From Candidatus Nanoarchaeia archaeon (GTDB taxonomy: Archaea > Nanobdellota > Nanobdellia > Woesearchaeales > ARS49), in contig DATDPK010000052.1 of NCBI GenBank assembly GCA_035292785.1, forward strand, positions 1 through 49,311: a DNA stretch of 49,311 nt, given 5' to 3'. Made by a program: the position numbers and the translations under genes. Positions within the stretch are counted from its first letter, which is position 1; every line of letters starts with the position of its first letter. Of this stretch, positions 1 to 9,130 are shown in pieces. The notes under the pieces were generated by a model that ran no database searches, was not told where the DNA came from, and was given only the letters and a program-made list of their open reading frames with translations.

Positions 1-80
1 AGCAAGCTTAGGCTTATACTTATGAACCCACATACGATTTTTGACAAGGAGACGTGTTAATAATCTTTTCCATACAGCAA

Positions 81-90
81 TATTTATAAA
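81..90 (+). promoter_or_regulatory. TATA-like box (tatttataaa) upstream of the ORF at 115
   Basis: AT-rich octamer centred about 29 nt upstream of the ATG at 115-117. The same geometry recurs at other first genes in this window, suggesting leaderless transcripts. Confidence 0.35.
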
Positions 91-114
91 TCAGCACAAT
101 GAAGAAAATTTAAA

Positions 115-507
115 ATGAAAACAGTGGACGTGGCATTCAAAAAAATAGAAATTATGGACTATTATTCTCAATTAGACCAAGTCCAGGTAAGGATACTATT
201 TAATGACGGGACAGACAAAGGACTGATGAAACAGATAACAATAACAGAACCTGCAAAGCACGTTGAAGAATGGATGCAGGAAATAAGAACAAAACTAAAA
301 GAAGCACACAAGCAAAACACGCTGGAAGACCACCCATTAGCAGATGTTGTGCTATTGAGATACAAGCAAGAACAAGACGTACTGCAGGAAAAAATGACAA
401 AATTCCTCGCACAAGCAAGAGAAAGAATACGCTCAGGAAAAATGTCAAAACTAAGCTATTACGACATGGAAAAGAAAATCAAAGGATTTACAGCAAAATT
501 AGATTAA
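115..507 (+). CDS. hypothetical protein, 130 aa, charged/helical, no recognisable motif
   Basis: Only long ORF in this interval. ATG start with a TATA-like box upstream. Converges on valS with a 4-nt overlap. Confidence 0.5.
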   Translation: MKTVDVAFKKIEIMDYYSQLDQVQVRILFNDGTDKGLMKQITITEPAKHVEEWMQEIRTKLKEAHKQNTLEDHPLADVVLLRYKQEQDVLQEKMTKFLAQARERIRSGKMSKLSYYDMEKKIKGFTAKLD

Positions 508-2891
508 AGTTCTATCGTAACTTTCAGATTAGGAGCGAGCTCTTCTGCGCCCTTGCCAAACTCAACCTTTTCAGCACAAGCAGTAGACTGCAAGTCTGAC
601 AAGGCAGCATCCAAACTAACATCCGTCTCAATAACAAGACGCTTCACAGGAGCCTTAATTGAGACCTTTGCCTCTGATTTCTTCTTCCTGACAGCAGCAA
701 GAACAAGAGTTACAACATTACCAACCTTTTCAGCAGACTCATTCTGATGCAAAGCTGAAGGCCATTTGCTCACGTGAACACTCGGATGCTTTTCACGGTC
801 TTTCAAGAATAATTGGTAGACTTCTTCAGTAATGAAAGGGGTGAAAGGAGCCATCAAACGAACAATTGCAGAAAGGCAAGTGTACAAGGCAGATTGAGCA
901 CTAATCTTCTGCCCAGGAGACTTCGGCTCGTACAATCTTAACTTTACAAGCTCCAAATAATAATCACAAAAATCAGCCCAGAAGAACTGCTCAATTGATT
1001 TTTTAGCACGGCTGTACTCGTAAACATCAAAAGCAGAAGTTGCCTCATCAATAGTTTTCGCAAGACGGGACAAAATCCACTCGTCAATAATTTCAGTAGA
1101 TTTGCCCTTGAAATCATAATCCTTCAAGTGCATAGAAACAAACTTGGAAGCATTCCACAACTTTGTAACAAACTTATCGCCAGCAACAAGCTCCTTCTCC
1201 TGATAAGCAATATCCTCGCCAAGCTTGGCGCTACCAGCCCAATAACGCAAAGCATCAGCACTGTGCTTGGAAAGAACAGTCTGAGGCTCAACAACATTAC
1301 CCTTGCTCTTGGACATTTTCTCACCGTGAGGGTCCATAACATAACCGGAAATAACAACATCCTTCCACGGATTCTGCTTATAATGAAGCTGGCTCTTGAC
1401 AAGAGTGTTAAACAACCAGAAAGAAATAATCTCGTGAGCCTGAGGACGCAAACTCATAGGGAACAACTTCTTCCAATACTTCTCAGGCAACAATTGAACA
1501 GCCAACTGAGGAGTCATACTGGAAGTAGCCCAAGTATCAAGAACGTCCTTCTCAGGAACAAAATCAGAACTATTACAAGAAGGACACTTGGAAACAGGCG
1601 GAGGACTGATCAACGGGTCAACAGGCAATTGTTTTGACTCGGCAAAAATTGGAGCGTCACACTTCTTGCAATACCAAACAGGGAAAGGAACACCGAAAAA
1701 GCGCTGCCTTGAAATAAGCCAGTCCCACTGCAAGCCACGCACCCAATTATCATAACGATGACGCATAAAATCAGGATGCCATTTCAAAGAAGCACCCCAC
1801 TCAAGCATCTTCTCACGCAAATCAAGATACTGGATAAACCACTGCAAGCTTTGGATGATTTCAATCTCAGTGCCGCAACGCTCGTGCACCTTAACAGCGT
1901 GAGTAATCGGCTGCTCTTTCCTCAACAAGCCGGCAGACTTCAAATCAGCAATAATAGCCTTACGCGCATCGTGAACTTTCAAGCCCTCATACTTGCCAGC
2001 CAAAGCAGTCATCAAACCCTTTGAATTAATAGCGGTTTTCAATTCAAGCTTGAAAGCAAGATACCACTCAATATCAGTCTGGTCGCCAAAAGTACAACAC
2101 ATCACAATACCAGTGCCCTTGGCAGGGTCAACACGCTCATCAGCCAAAATTTGAACAGAAGCATTAAACAAAGGAGTAACTGCCTTCCTGCCAAACAATT
2201 TCTTATAACGCTCATCAGTAGGATGAGCAAACACTGCAACACAAGCAGGCAAAAGCTCAGGACGAGTAGTTGCGATGACAACGTCCTTTCCATCTACCTT
2301 AAAGACAATATCATTGAAAGTGCTGGCTTTTTCTACATCCTGACACTCAACCTGAGAAATAGCAGTACCGCACAACGGACACCACAATGAAGGAGCATTC
2401 TTACGATAAACACGGCCCTGCTTCTGCAAGTCCAAAAAAGACCATTGCGAGATTTTCCTGCACTTGTCATCGATAGTACTATAGCACAACTTGAAATCAC
2501 AACTCATACCAATACGCTTCCAATCACCAACAAAAGCCGGGCGGATTTCAGCAAGAGTTTCCTGACACAATTTGATGAAAGCGTGACGCTCCATCTTCGC
2601 GCCCTTGACCTTTTTTAATTTTTCAACAAGACGCTCAGTAGGAAGACCATTATCATCAGTGCCAAAAGGATAAAAGACGTTAAATCCCCTCAAACGCTTA
2701 TAGCGCGCAACAATGTCCTGCTGAGTATAGCTGAAAGCGTGGCCAATATGCATTTTGCCAGAAACAGTAGGCGGAGGAGTGTCTATACTATAGACTTCAC
2801 TCTTAGAATCCGGGTCAAAGGCAAAAATACCCTCTTTTTCCCAAAACTCAAGCAACTTCAGCTCTTCTGCTTTAGGGTCATAACGGTCCAT
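504..2891 (-). CDS. valS: valyl-tRNA synthetase (archaeal type)
   Basis: 795 aa. Class I motifs HIGH (GKMHIGHAFS) and KMSKS (EKMSKSKGN), ValRS-like editing and anticodon-binding regions. ATG verified at 2889-2891. Confidence 0.95.
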   Translation of the reverse strand: MDRYDPKAEELKLLEFWEKEGIFAFDPDSKSEVYSIDTPPPTVSGKMHIGHAFSYTQQDIVARYKRLRGFNVFYPFGTDDNGLPTERLVEKLKKVKGAKMERHAFIKLCQETLAEIRPAFVGDWKRIGMSCDFKLCYSTIDDKCRKISQWSFLDLQKQGRVYRKNAPSLWCPLCGTAISQVECQDVEKASTFNDIVFKVDGKDVVIATTRPELLPACVAVFAHPTDERYKKLFGRKAVTPLFNASVQILADERVDPAKGTGIVMCCTFGDQTDIEWYLAFKLELKTAINSKGLMTALAGKYEGLKVHDARKAIIADLKSAGLLRKEQPITHAVKVHERCGTEIEIIQSLQWFIQYLDLREKMLEWGASLKWHPDFMRHRYDNWVRGLQWDWLISRQRFFGVPFPVWYCKKCDAPIFAESKQLPVDPLISPPPVSKCPSCNSSDFVPEKDVLDTWATSSMTPQLAVQLLPEKYWKKLFPMSLRPQAHEIISFWLFNTLVKSQLHYKQNPWKDVVISGYVMDPHGEKMSKSKGNVVEPQTVLSKHSADALRYWAGSAKLGEDIAYQEKELVAGDKFVTKLWNASKFVSMHLKDYDFKGKSTEIIDEWILSRLAKTIDEATSAFDVYEYSRAKKSIEQFFWADFCDYYLELVKLRLYEPKSPGQKISAQSALYTCLSAIVRLMAPFTPFITEEVYQLFLKDREKHPSVHVSKWPSALHQNESAEKVGNVVTLVLAAVRKKKSEAKVSIKAPVKRLVIETDVSLDAALSDLQSTACAEKVEFGKGAEELAPNLKVTIEL

Positions 2892-2915
2892 ACGACGACG
2901 AACAAATAAACGAAT

Positions 2916-3371
2916 TTAAAAAGCTTTCACTTTCCTGCTTTTACGCTCGCGACGAAGAAGGTCTCCAATGTCAAACAAGCGCTTTACAATAATCTTATCA
3001 GAAGTAAATTTGCCATAGCCGAGCGCATCATCGTATTCATTCATAACAACAACAAAATCGTCAGGAACAGGACTGCCAACAGTTGAGACAACACTCTTGC
3101 TAAAGACATCACGGCCACAGATGAACAGCCAAGCACCATCCTTGTTCACGACAACTTTCTTTTTGCAATGCTTGCCGACATACTGCAAAAAGTCAATACT
3201 GGGAATAAGCACAGGACCGCGCACGTGAGCAATGCATTTGCCAATGTAAGACGGGCGCTTTGATGCAAATTTCTCCAGCTTCTTAGGAATTTCAAAATAA
3301 GAACGGCCAATTAACTTACAATCTGGCACATTGTGAATGCCGAATTGAGACAAAAATTCCTTTACATTCAT
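2916..3371 (-). CDS. NIP7-like pre-rRNA processing protein with C-terminal PUA domain
   Basis: 151 aa. PUA-like C-terminus (VVVMNEYDDALGYGKF...IVKRLFDIGDLLR). ATGA-coupled to the upstream NSUN methylase gene, a typical archaeal pairing. Confidence 0.7.
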   Translation of the reverse strand: MNVKEFLSQFGIHNVPDCKLIGRSYFEIPKKLEKFASKRPSYIGKCIAHVRGPVLIPSIDFLQYVGKHCKKKVVVNKDGAWLFICGRDVFSKSVVSTVGSPVPDDFVVVMNEYDDALGYGKFTSDKIIVKRLFDIGDLLRRERKSRKVKAF

Positions 3372-4258
3372 AATTTCACCAGCTTAGCAATGAAAAAACC
3401 CTCTGTATTAGTCTTATGAGGCCAAAAACGCTTACACTTTGCAATATCAGGCGAAAGCTTCTTGCCAAAGACATTTGTAAGGCCAGGGTCGCCTATCGGA
3501 AGACTGACATTTTCCAAACGCACAGGAAGATTATCAATAGCCCACTGCATATTAAGCTCGTTCTCCTCAGGCTCAAGACTACAAGTGCTGTAGACAAGAA
3601 CTCCGTTTGGAGCAAGAACTTCAACAGCAGACTTTAACAAACGCTTTTGAATAGCGCTGCTGCGCTCAATGCCAGTCATGTCACGCTTTTCAAACCAGAC
3701 AGGGTCAGTAACAAAATTGCCAGCGCAAGGAGCATCGAGAATAATTTTATCAAACTGAACGCCAAGATTTTTTGCATACGCAGCATCGCCCTTGAACACA
3801 ACAGCATTCTCAACACCCATACGCTCAATATTCATCAACAAAGAAGGAATACGATGCTCCTTCTGCTCAAAAGCAACAATAACACCCTGATTTTTCATCA
3901 ATTGGGCAAGCTGGGCAGTCTTTCCGCCAGGAGCAGCACAACAATCAAGAATAATGTCATCGGGCTTTGGGTTCAGAACAGAAACAGGCAATTGAGCAGC
4001 AGCTTCCTGCAAGTAATAATAACCAAGCAAGTATTCTGCAATTGCGCCCAAAGAAAAACTGCTTTGAGCAACAAAGCCGTGAGTGGTGAATGGGATTTTT
4101 TCAAGCTTAACCCCTATTTTTTCCAATCTTGCAATGATTTCCTTAGCGGAAGCACGCAAAGTATTCAAGCGAATTGTTTTCGGCAGAAAAATATCTACAA
4201 TTTTACCGCCCAACTGCTCATACCGCTTACTAAAGAATTCTTTTCCACCTAGTTCCAT
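3368..4258 (-). CDS. NOL1/NOP2/Sun-family RNA cytosine-C5 methyltransferase
   Basis: SAM motif DCCAAPGGKT, motif IV LDAPCAG and motif VI YSTCSLEPEENE. The ORF-track start at 4273 is TTG. The ATG at 4256-4258 (MELGGKEFF) has a GAGGA site upstream. Overlaps the cysS 3' end by 29 nt. Confidence 0.85.
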   Translation of the reverse strand: MELGGKEFFSKRYEQLGGKIVDIFLPKTIRLNTLRASAKEIIARLEKIGVKLEKIPFTTHGFVAQSSFSLGAIAEYLLGYYYLQEAAAQLPVSVLNPKPDDIILDCCAAPGGKTAQLAQLMKNQGVIVAFEQKEHRIPSLLMNIERMGVENAVVFKGDAAYAKNLGVQFDKIILDAPCAGNFVTDPVWFEKRDMTGIERSSAIQKRLLKSAVEVLAPNGVLVYSTCSLEPEENELNMQWAIDNLPVRLENVSLPIGDPGLTNVFGKKLSPDIAKCKRFWPHKTNTEGFFIAKLVKL

Positions 4259-5660
4259 GCGAAGTATCCTCAACAGAAATGCCTTTCTTCAACAACTCAT
4301 CGCGCAATTCATCAGAACGCGCCCAATTCTTTACCTCACGAGCGCGCTCACGCTCATCAAACAATTTTTTCAAGTCGGCAGGTAATTTTTCCTCTTTCTG
4401 AATAAGACCGAGCACAGAATCAACTTTTTCCATAAAGCCCAGCACTTTTTTAGCGTCAGATTTGGCCAGCGTATGAATTTCGAGCTTGTTGATGTCAGAA
4501 ATAAAATCAAAAACTGCTGCAAGAGCAGGGCTGATTTCCAAGTCATCATCCATTGCCTCTTCAAACTTTGCCTCGGCATTGTTAATAAGAACAGGAATAG
4601 AAGGATTGCTCTTCTCGCCGTGAGCTTCATTAAGACGCAAGATAAAATCGTTCAAGCGCTGAACAGCAGCTGCAGAAGCATCCAATGCCTGCAAGGTAAA
4701 ATTAACTTTTTGACGATAATGAGAAGAAAGCAAGGCATGACGAACAGCCGAAGGATGGTAGCCCTTTGCCAGCAAATCACGCAAAGTATAGAAATTGCCC
4801 AAGGATTTTGACATTTTCTTGTTATCCACTAATAGATGCTCGGAATGAAGCCAGTAATTGACAAAAGGCTTTCCAACGCAACCCTCTGTTTGAGCAATCT
4901 CGTCCTGATGATGGGGGAAAATATTGTCAACACCGCCAGTGTGAATGTCAAGAGTAACAAATTTTTCAGGATGGAAACTGCTGTTCTTGAAAGCCTCGCT
5001 CAAATGCTTTGCACTCATTGCACTGCACTCAATATGCCAGCCAGGCCTGCCCTTGCCAAGCTCAGTCTCCCAAAAGACATCGCCGTCCTTATCATCCCAT
5101 ATCTTCCATAATGCGAAGTCTGCCACGTTTTCTTTCTCATACTCATCAGCAAGAACGCGCCCAGAAGCTCCTGCTTTCAGCTTGGAAACCTTAATGTGGG
5201 CAAGCTTGCCGTAATTCTTGAATTTTGAAATAGGATAATAAATTCCATCATCTGTCTTGTATGCAAGCCCTTTTTCAAGAAGGCAATTAATCATAACAAC
5301 CATCTCAGGAATATGCTCTGTTGCCTTAGGATAAACCTCTGCGCGCTCTATGTTAAGAGTGTCAAGGTCCTCAAAAAAAGCCTTTGAATATTTTTCAGTA
5401 AATGCTTTCAAAGACATCTTGGCAAGCTGGCTGTTCTTAATGGTCTTATCATCGACATCCGTAAGGTTCATCACCTGAGTAACCTTGTAACCGCGATACT
5501 TCAGCCACCTGCGCAAAAGGTCCTCGAAAACATAAGTGCGGAAGTTGCCAATATGAGCGAAATCGTAAACGGTAGGACCGCAAGTGTACATACGGACTTT
5601 GCCGGCAATGACAGGAGAGAAATCCTCCTTCTTCCGCGTCAAAGTGTTAAAAAAGCGCAT
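4230..5660 (-). CDS. cysS: cysteinyl-tRNA synthetase
   Basis: 476 aa. HIGH-type motif (AHIGNFRT), KMSKS (KKMSKSLGN), zinc-site Cys/His pattern (WHIECS). Confidence 0.95.
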   Translation of the reverse strand: MRFFNTLTRKKEDFSPVIAGKVRMYTCGPTVYDFAHIGNFRTYVFEDLLRRWLKYRGYKVTQVMNLTDVDDKTIKNSQLAKMSLKAFTEKYSKAFFEDLDTLNIERAEVYPKATEHIPEMVVMINCLLEKGLAYKTDDGIYYPISKFKNYGKLAHIKVSKLKAGASGRVLADEYEKENVADFALWKIWDDKDGDVFWETELGKGRPGWHIECSAMSAKHLSEAFKNSSFHPEKFVTLDIHTGGVDNIFPHHQDEIAQTEGCVGKPFVNYWLHSEHLLVDNKKMSKSLGNFYTLRDLLAKGYHPSAVRHALLSSHYRQKVNFTLQALDASAAAVQRLNDFILRLNEAHGEKSNPSIPVLINNAEAKFEEAMDDDLEISPALAAVFDFISDINKLEIHTLAKSDAKKVLGFMEKVDSVLGLIQKEEKLPADLKKLFDERERAREVKNWARSDELRDELLKKGISVEDTSHGTRWKRIL

Positions 5661-5683
5661 AAGTCAGCCACGAATACAGTGCT

Positions 5684-7489
5684 TTAAATAGTTTTTGGAG
5701 GACGCCTGACGTATTTCAAAACAGGAGAAAAGCTCTTCGTCAGGCGGTCAAGAGCGTGCTTTTTGGTAGCCATAAACAAGCCAACAGCAATAAGCGCTAT
5801 TGCTGCTATATAGCCAGCAAGAACCAAAATTTCAGGCAGCAGGTTAATGAAAGAAGACTTGAAAAGAAGAGCACGCCTCAATGCAGAACTGCCAACCACA
5901 AAAGGATTGAATTCTGCAATACTCGCCAGCCAATCAGGCATGCTTTCAATTGGAATAATGACATCGCTCAAAAACAAAAAGATGGCACCGACACTGACGC
6001 CGGCAAGAGTTGCGGTCTCCTCTGTGTTAAAAAGATAACCAACACCCATTCCTACCAAGGTAAACAATGCGCTGACCAAAAGCAAAATCAAAACCGCGCC
6101 AGGAAGACTTGTAACAATCTGGGCAGAAAGAAACACACTGGCGATTGCCAAAATCAAGATAACCTGCACCAAAAGCAGCAACATTCCAGTCACAAAGTTG
6201 GCAAGAACATAACTCACATTGTTCACAGGAGTCAAATACATCCTAAACGAAGCAATGCTGTGCTTTTCGAGCAAGATTAAAGTTGGCACAATCAGCAAAG
6301 CAGTAAACATAACAATCAAGACAATCAAAACAGGAAGAAGATAATTCAAATAAGTGGACTCTGCAACAATCGGCTTAATTGTAGTCTGAATCGGCTGAGT
6401 GATAGCTTCTGGATCACGGATTTCAATGGCATTAATCTTGTTCTCAATCTCATTAAAGGCGTTCTGAACCTCAATAATGTTAATCAGAGACTTGTCAAGC
6501 AATGCCTGCACTGCCTCCAAAACACGCAAGCCAAGCTGCCTTGAAGCATCAGCCTGCTGCAAACGGGACTGGGTGTCGCCAAGCTGGCCGGACAACTGAG
6601 TCAAAACTGCATCAAACCTGGCAAAACTATCCTGAGTCAAATTCTTAGTTGTAACCATATCCGCCTGCAGCTTCTTAATGTCATCAACGCTCTTCTGGAA
6701 ATTAGTTAGCAAACTGTCTTTTAATTCAGAACCTGCGCTGCTGCCCTTAACCAAAGCATCAGCAGCATCAATAAAAGAAATTGACTTGCTAAGGCCTTTA
6801 TCGCCCAACGCCAAAACATTATCAAGCCACTGCTTGAACTGCTGCTTAGAATTTGACAAATTATCAACACCAAATTCATCCTTGTTAAAACTCAAGTCGA
6901 TGTCGCCAAACTCAGCAATCAAATCTGCTGCATTACGATTGATAATGTCGTTCTCAGTAGTCAAACGAACAACAACGCCGCGCTGCTCACCAATACGCTC
7001 TTTTGTAAACTCTATTGTCTCGAGCAAAATTCTTGTCAAATTCTGGCTCTCCTGAAGCAAACGCTCGCCAACCTTCTCAGTCATAGCGTTCATCACAGCC
7101 CAAACAAGATTAATACGGGAATAATCAACAAAAAAAGTGATTTCGTTATAAGGAGGCCTTCCAATCGTGAAATTTGAGGAAAAAGACATACAGGCATTCA
7201 CATCACTGCTCTTGATTGCAGAAATACAACGCTCCTCAGTATCATACTCAACTATCCTAAACTGGCCGTGCAATTGCTCCAAAAAAGAATCAGTGAGAGG
7301 GGAGACTTCAGGCCTGTATGCTCCAATCTTGACAGCATACGAATTTGTGTTGTTGAAAGCAAGACCTGCCAGAAAAATGACAATAATCGGACCGAGAATT
7401 ACTACAAGAGAAGAAGCTTTTGCGCGAATCAGGTTCTTGAAATTCTTCTTAACCAATTCAAAAACTTCTGCAGAAACATTCTGCCTCAT
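5684..7489 (-). CDS. ABC-2 type transporter permease with a large extracytoplasmic coiled-coil loop (YhgE/Pip-like architecture)
   Basis: 601 aa. One N-terminal TM, then a ~330-aa polar Q/L/D-rich loop, then a C-terminal bundle of about 5 TMs. ATGA-coupled to the ATPase gene. Confidence 0.75.
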   Translation of the reverse strand: MRQNVSAEVFELVKKNFKNLIRAKASSLVVILGPIIVIFLAGLAFNNTNSYAVKIGAYRPEVSPLTDSFLEQLHGQFRIVEYDTEERCISAIKSSDVNACMSFSSNFTIGRPPYNEITFFVDYSRINLVWAVMNAMTEKVGERLLQESQNLTRILLETIEFTKERIGEQRGVVVRLTTENDIINRNAADLIAEFGDIDLSFNKDEFGVDNLSNSKQQFKQWLDNVLALGDKGLSKSISFIDAADALVKGSSAGSELKDSLLTNFQKSVDDIKKLQADMVTTKNLTQDSFARFDAVLTQLSGQLGDTQSRLQQADASRQLGLRVLEAVQALLDKSLINIIEVQNAFNEIENKINAIEIRDPEAITQPIQTTIKPIVAESTYLNYLLPVLIVLIVMFTALLIVPTLILLEKHSIASFRMYLTPVNNVSYVLANFVTGMLLLLVQVILILAIASVFLSAQIVTSLPGAVLILLLVSALFTLVGMGVGYLFNTEETATLAGVSVGAIFLFLSDVIIPIESMPDWLASIAEFNPFVVGSSALRRALLFKSSFINLLPEILVLAGYIAAIALIAVGLFMATKKHALDRLTKSFSPVLKYVRRPPKTI

Positions 7490-8577
7490 CTCTTCACCAC
7501 AGCCTCGAAAACCTTGCCCAAAGACGGACGGGAAACGTGTAAGCTAATCATCTGGTCGCGCTGTTTTTCAAAATAATCTGAAATAGCAGGAAGAATGCGC
7601 TCAGGCCTCGGAGTTTCAACAATTAATTCGTTATCAGACTCGTAAACTTTTGCAAAGAAACGCTTCTTCTGCTCCAACTCCTTCACAAGACGGCCATACT
7701 TTCCTGCTGCTGTCTGCAGATAAATCTCATAGTTCTTGGAATAAATGTTGCGCAACTCATCAGCAGTGCCGATTTCAACAATGCGCTTGTTCTGCAATAT
7801 TGCAATACGGGAACACAACAACTCGATTTCAGCCAGGAAATGCGAAGCCAGAATAATTGTAGTGCCTTTATCATTAATCTTGCGAATAAGCTCCCAGAAC
7901 TGCTTGCGCAAAACAGGATCCAAATCAGCAGTGGGCTCATCAAGAATCAAAATAGCAGGGTCGTGAATAATCGCACAAGCTATGTCAAGGCGCTTTTGCA
8001 TACCGCCTGACAAATGAGAAGCTATAACCTCCCTGGCATCCTTAAGACCAACCAAGTCCATAAGAGCATTACATCGACGAGTCCTGTCAGGCTCATGAAG
8101 ACCATACAAAGAAGCAAAATGCTCCAAGTTTTCACGAACAGTCAAACGTGAGTAAAAGGAAGGAGTCTGGGTGGAAAAGCCGACAAGGCGCTTAACAGCA
8201 TCAACATTCTGAAAAACGCTTGAACTTGAGCCATCAGGAAGAACAAACAACACATCACCCCTGTCAGGCTTCAAAAAACCGACCAGCAGATTCAGCAAAG
8301 TGGTCTTGCCGGCGCCGCTCATACCAATAATCCCAAAAATCTCTCCAGAACGAACGTCAAACTCAACATTTTCAAGAATATGAGAACTGTCAAACGCCTT
8401 GCCAAGATTGTGAACACTTATTACTGCTCCCTTCTCAACACTCTTAAAATTTCTTTCAATATATTCCTTCACGGTCTGCTCAGGCCAGCCTGACCTTAAC
8501 AGCAAAGTACGAATTTCACTACGAGACAACCCTTTTTTGGAGGTCTCCCTAATATGCTCTGCCAACAAGTCGTCCAT
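7486..8577 (-). CDS. ABC transporter ATP-binding protein with a ~55-aa N-terminal extra domain
   Basis: Walker A GMSGAGKTT, signature LSGGMQKRL, Walker B ILILDEPT. The ORF-track start at 8589 is TTG. The ATG at 8575-8577 (MDDLLAEH) lies about 27 nt downstream of a TATA-like box. Confidence 0.9.
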   Translation of the reverse strand: MDDLLAEHIRETSKKGLSRSEIRTLLLRSGWPEQTVKEYIERNFKSVEKGAVISVHNLGKAFDSSHILENVEFDVRSGEIFGIIGMSGAGKTTLLNLLVGFLKPDRGDVLFVLPDGSSSSVFQNVDAVKRLVGFSTQTPSFYSRLTVRENLEHFASLYGLHEPDRTRRCNALMDLVGLKDAREVIASHLSGGMQKRLDIACAIIHDPAILILDEPTADLDPVLRKQFWELIRKINDKGTTIILASHFLAEIELLCSRIAILQNKRIVEIGTADELRNIYSKNYEIYLQTAAGKYGRLVKELEQKKRFFAKVYESDNELIVETPRPERILPAISDYFEKQRDQMISLHVSRPSLGKVFEAVVKR

Positions 8578-8600
8578 ACAGCGCACCAAACATTTAATCG

Positions 8601-8608
8601 TTTAAAAG
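8601..8608 (-). promoter_or_regulatory. TATA-like box for the ABC transporter operon
   Basis: The plus strand reads tttaaaag. Centre is about 27 nt upstream of the ATG at 8577 on the minus strand. Confidence 0.35.
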
Positions 8609-8667
8609 CTAACGCCACTATCCAGGAGTGGTTGTAAAAGAGCTTTAAGACGCAGGGAAGGAAAAGA

Positions 8668-8675
8668 TTTTTATA
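8668..8675 (+). promoter_or_regulatory. TATA-like box for the aMBF1 gene
   Basis: tttttata centred about 27 nt upstream of the ATG at 8699. Confidence 0.35.
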
Positions 8676-8698
8676 CCAAAGAATAAGAAAAACTCAGC

Positions 8699-9130
8699 AT
8701 GGTTTGCGAACTCTGCGGAAAAAACACACAGCTCGTAAGAGCGATTGTTGAAGGCACAGAAGTAAACGTATGCGAAAACTGCGGAAAATACGGCAAAGTC
8801 CTTAGAAAGCCCGTGGTGAAAAGCACGCCAAAGCCCGCAATACAGGAAGTTCTGGATGTTGTCACACAGGATTATGCAAAACTGATAAGAGAAGCACGCG
8901 AAAAGAGAGGACTGACACAAAAAGAATTCGCAAAAGAGCTAAACGAAAAAGAAAGCATACTGCAAAAAATTGAAAATGGGAATTTTGTGCCACCAATAAG
9001 CATGGCAAGAAAACTGGAAAAACTTCTCAAAATAAAGCTTGTGGAGCTGGAAGAGGAAGAAAAACAGCAGGCAGCAAAAGGCAAGTCAGAAATGCTGACA
9101 ATTGGCGATGTTATAAAAACTAAACTTTAA
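8699..9130 (+). CDS. mbf1: archaeal multiprotein bridging factor 1 (zinc ribbon plus HTH_XRE)
   Basis: 143 aa. N-terminal CxxC...CxxC ribbon (CELCGK...CENCGK) followed by a cro/C1-type HTH (RGLTQKEFAKELNEKESILQKIENG). Confidence 0.8.
   Translation: MVCELCGKNTQLVRAIVEGTEVNVCENCGKYGKVLRKPVVKSTPKPAIQEVLDVVTQDYAKLIREAREKRGLTQKEFAKELNEKESILQKIENGNFVPPISMARKLEKLLKIKLVELEEEEKQQAAKGKSEMLTIGDVIKTKL

Noticed and set aside
1128-1637. Plus-strand ORFs inside minus-strand genes, for example 1128..1637, 3647..4252, 5756..6280, 28657..29259, 32409..33143, 36621..37217, 41097..41540 and 48129..48608, with many shorter ones.
   Set aside because: All lie antisense to long ORFs with clear family motifs or strong operon logic. 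Their products are low-complexity or basic, as expected for shadow frames. None has a promoter or RBS context.
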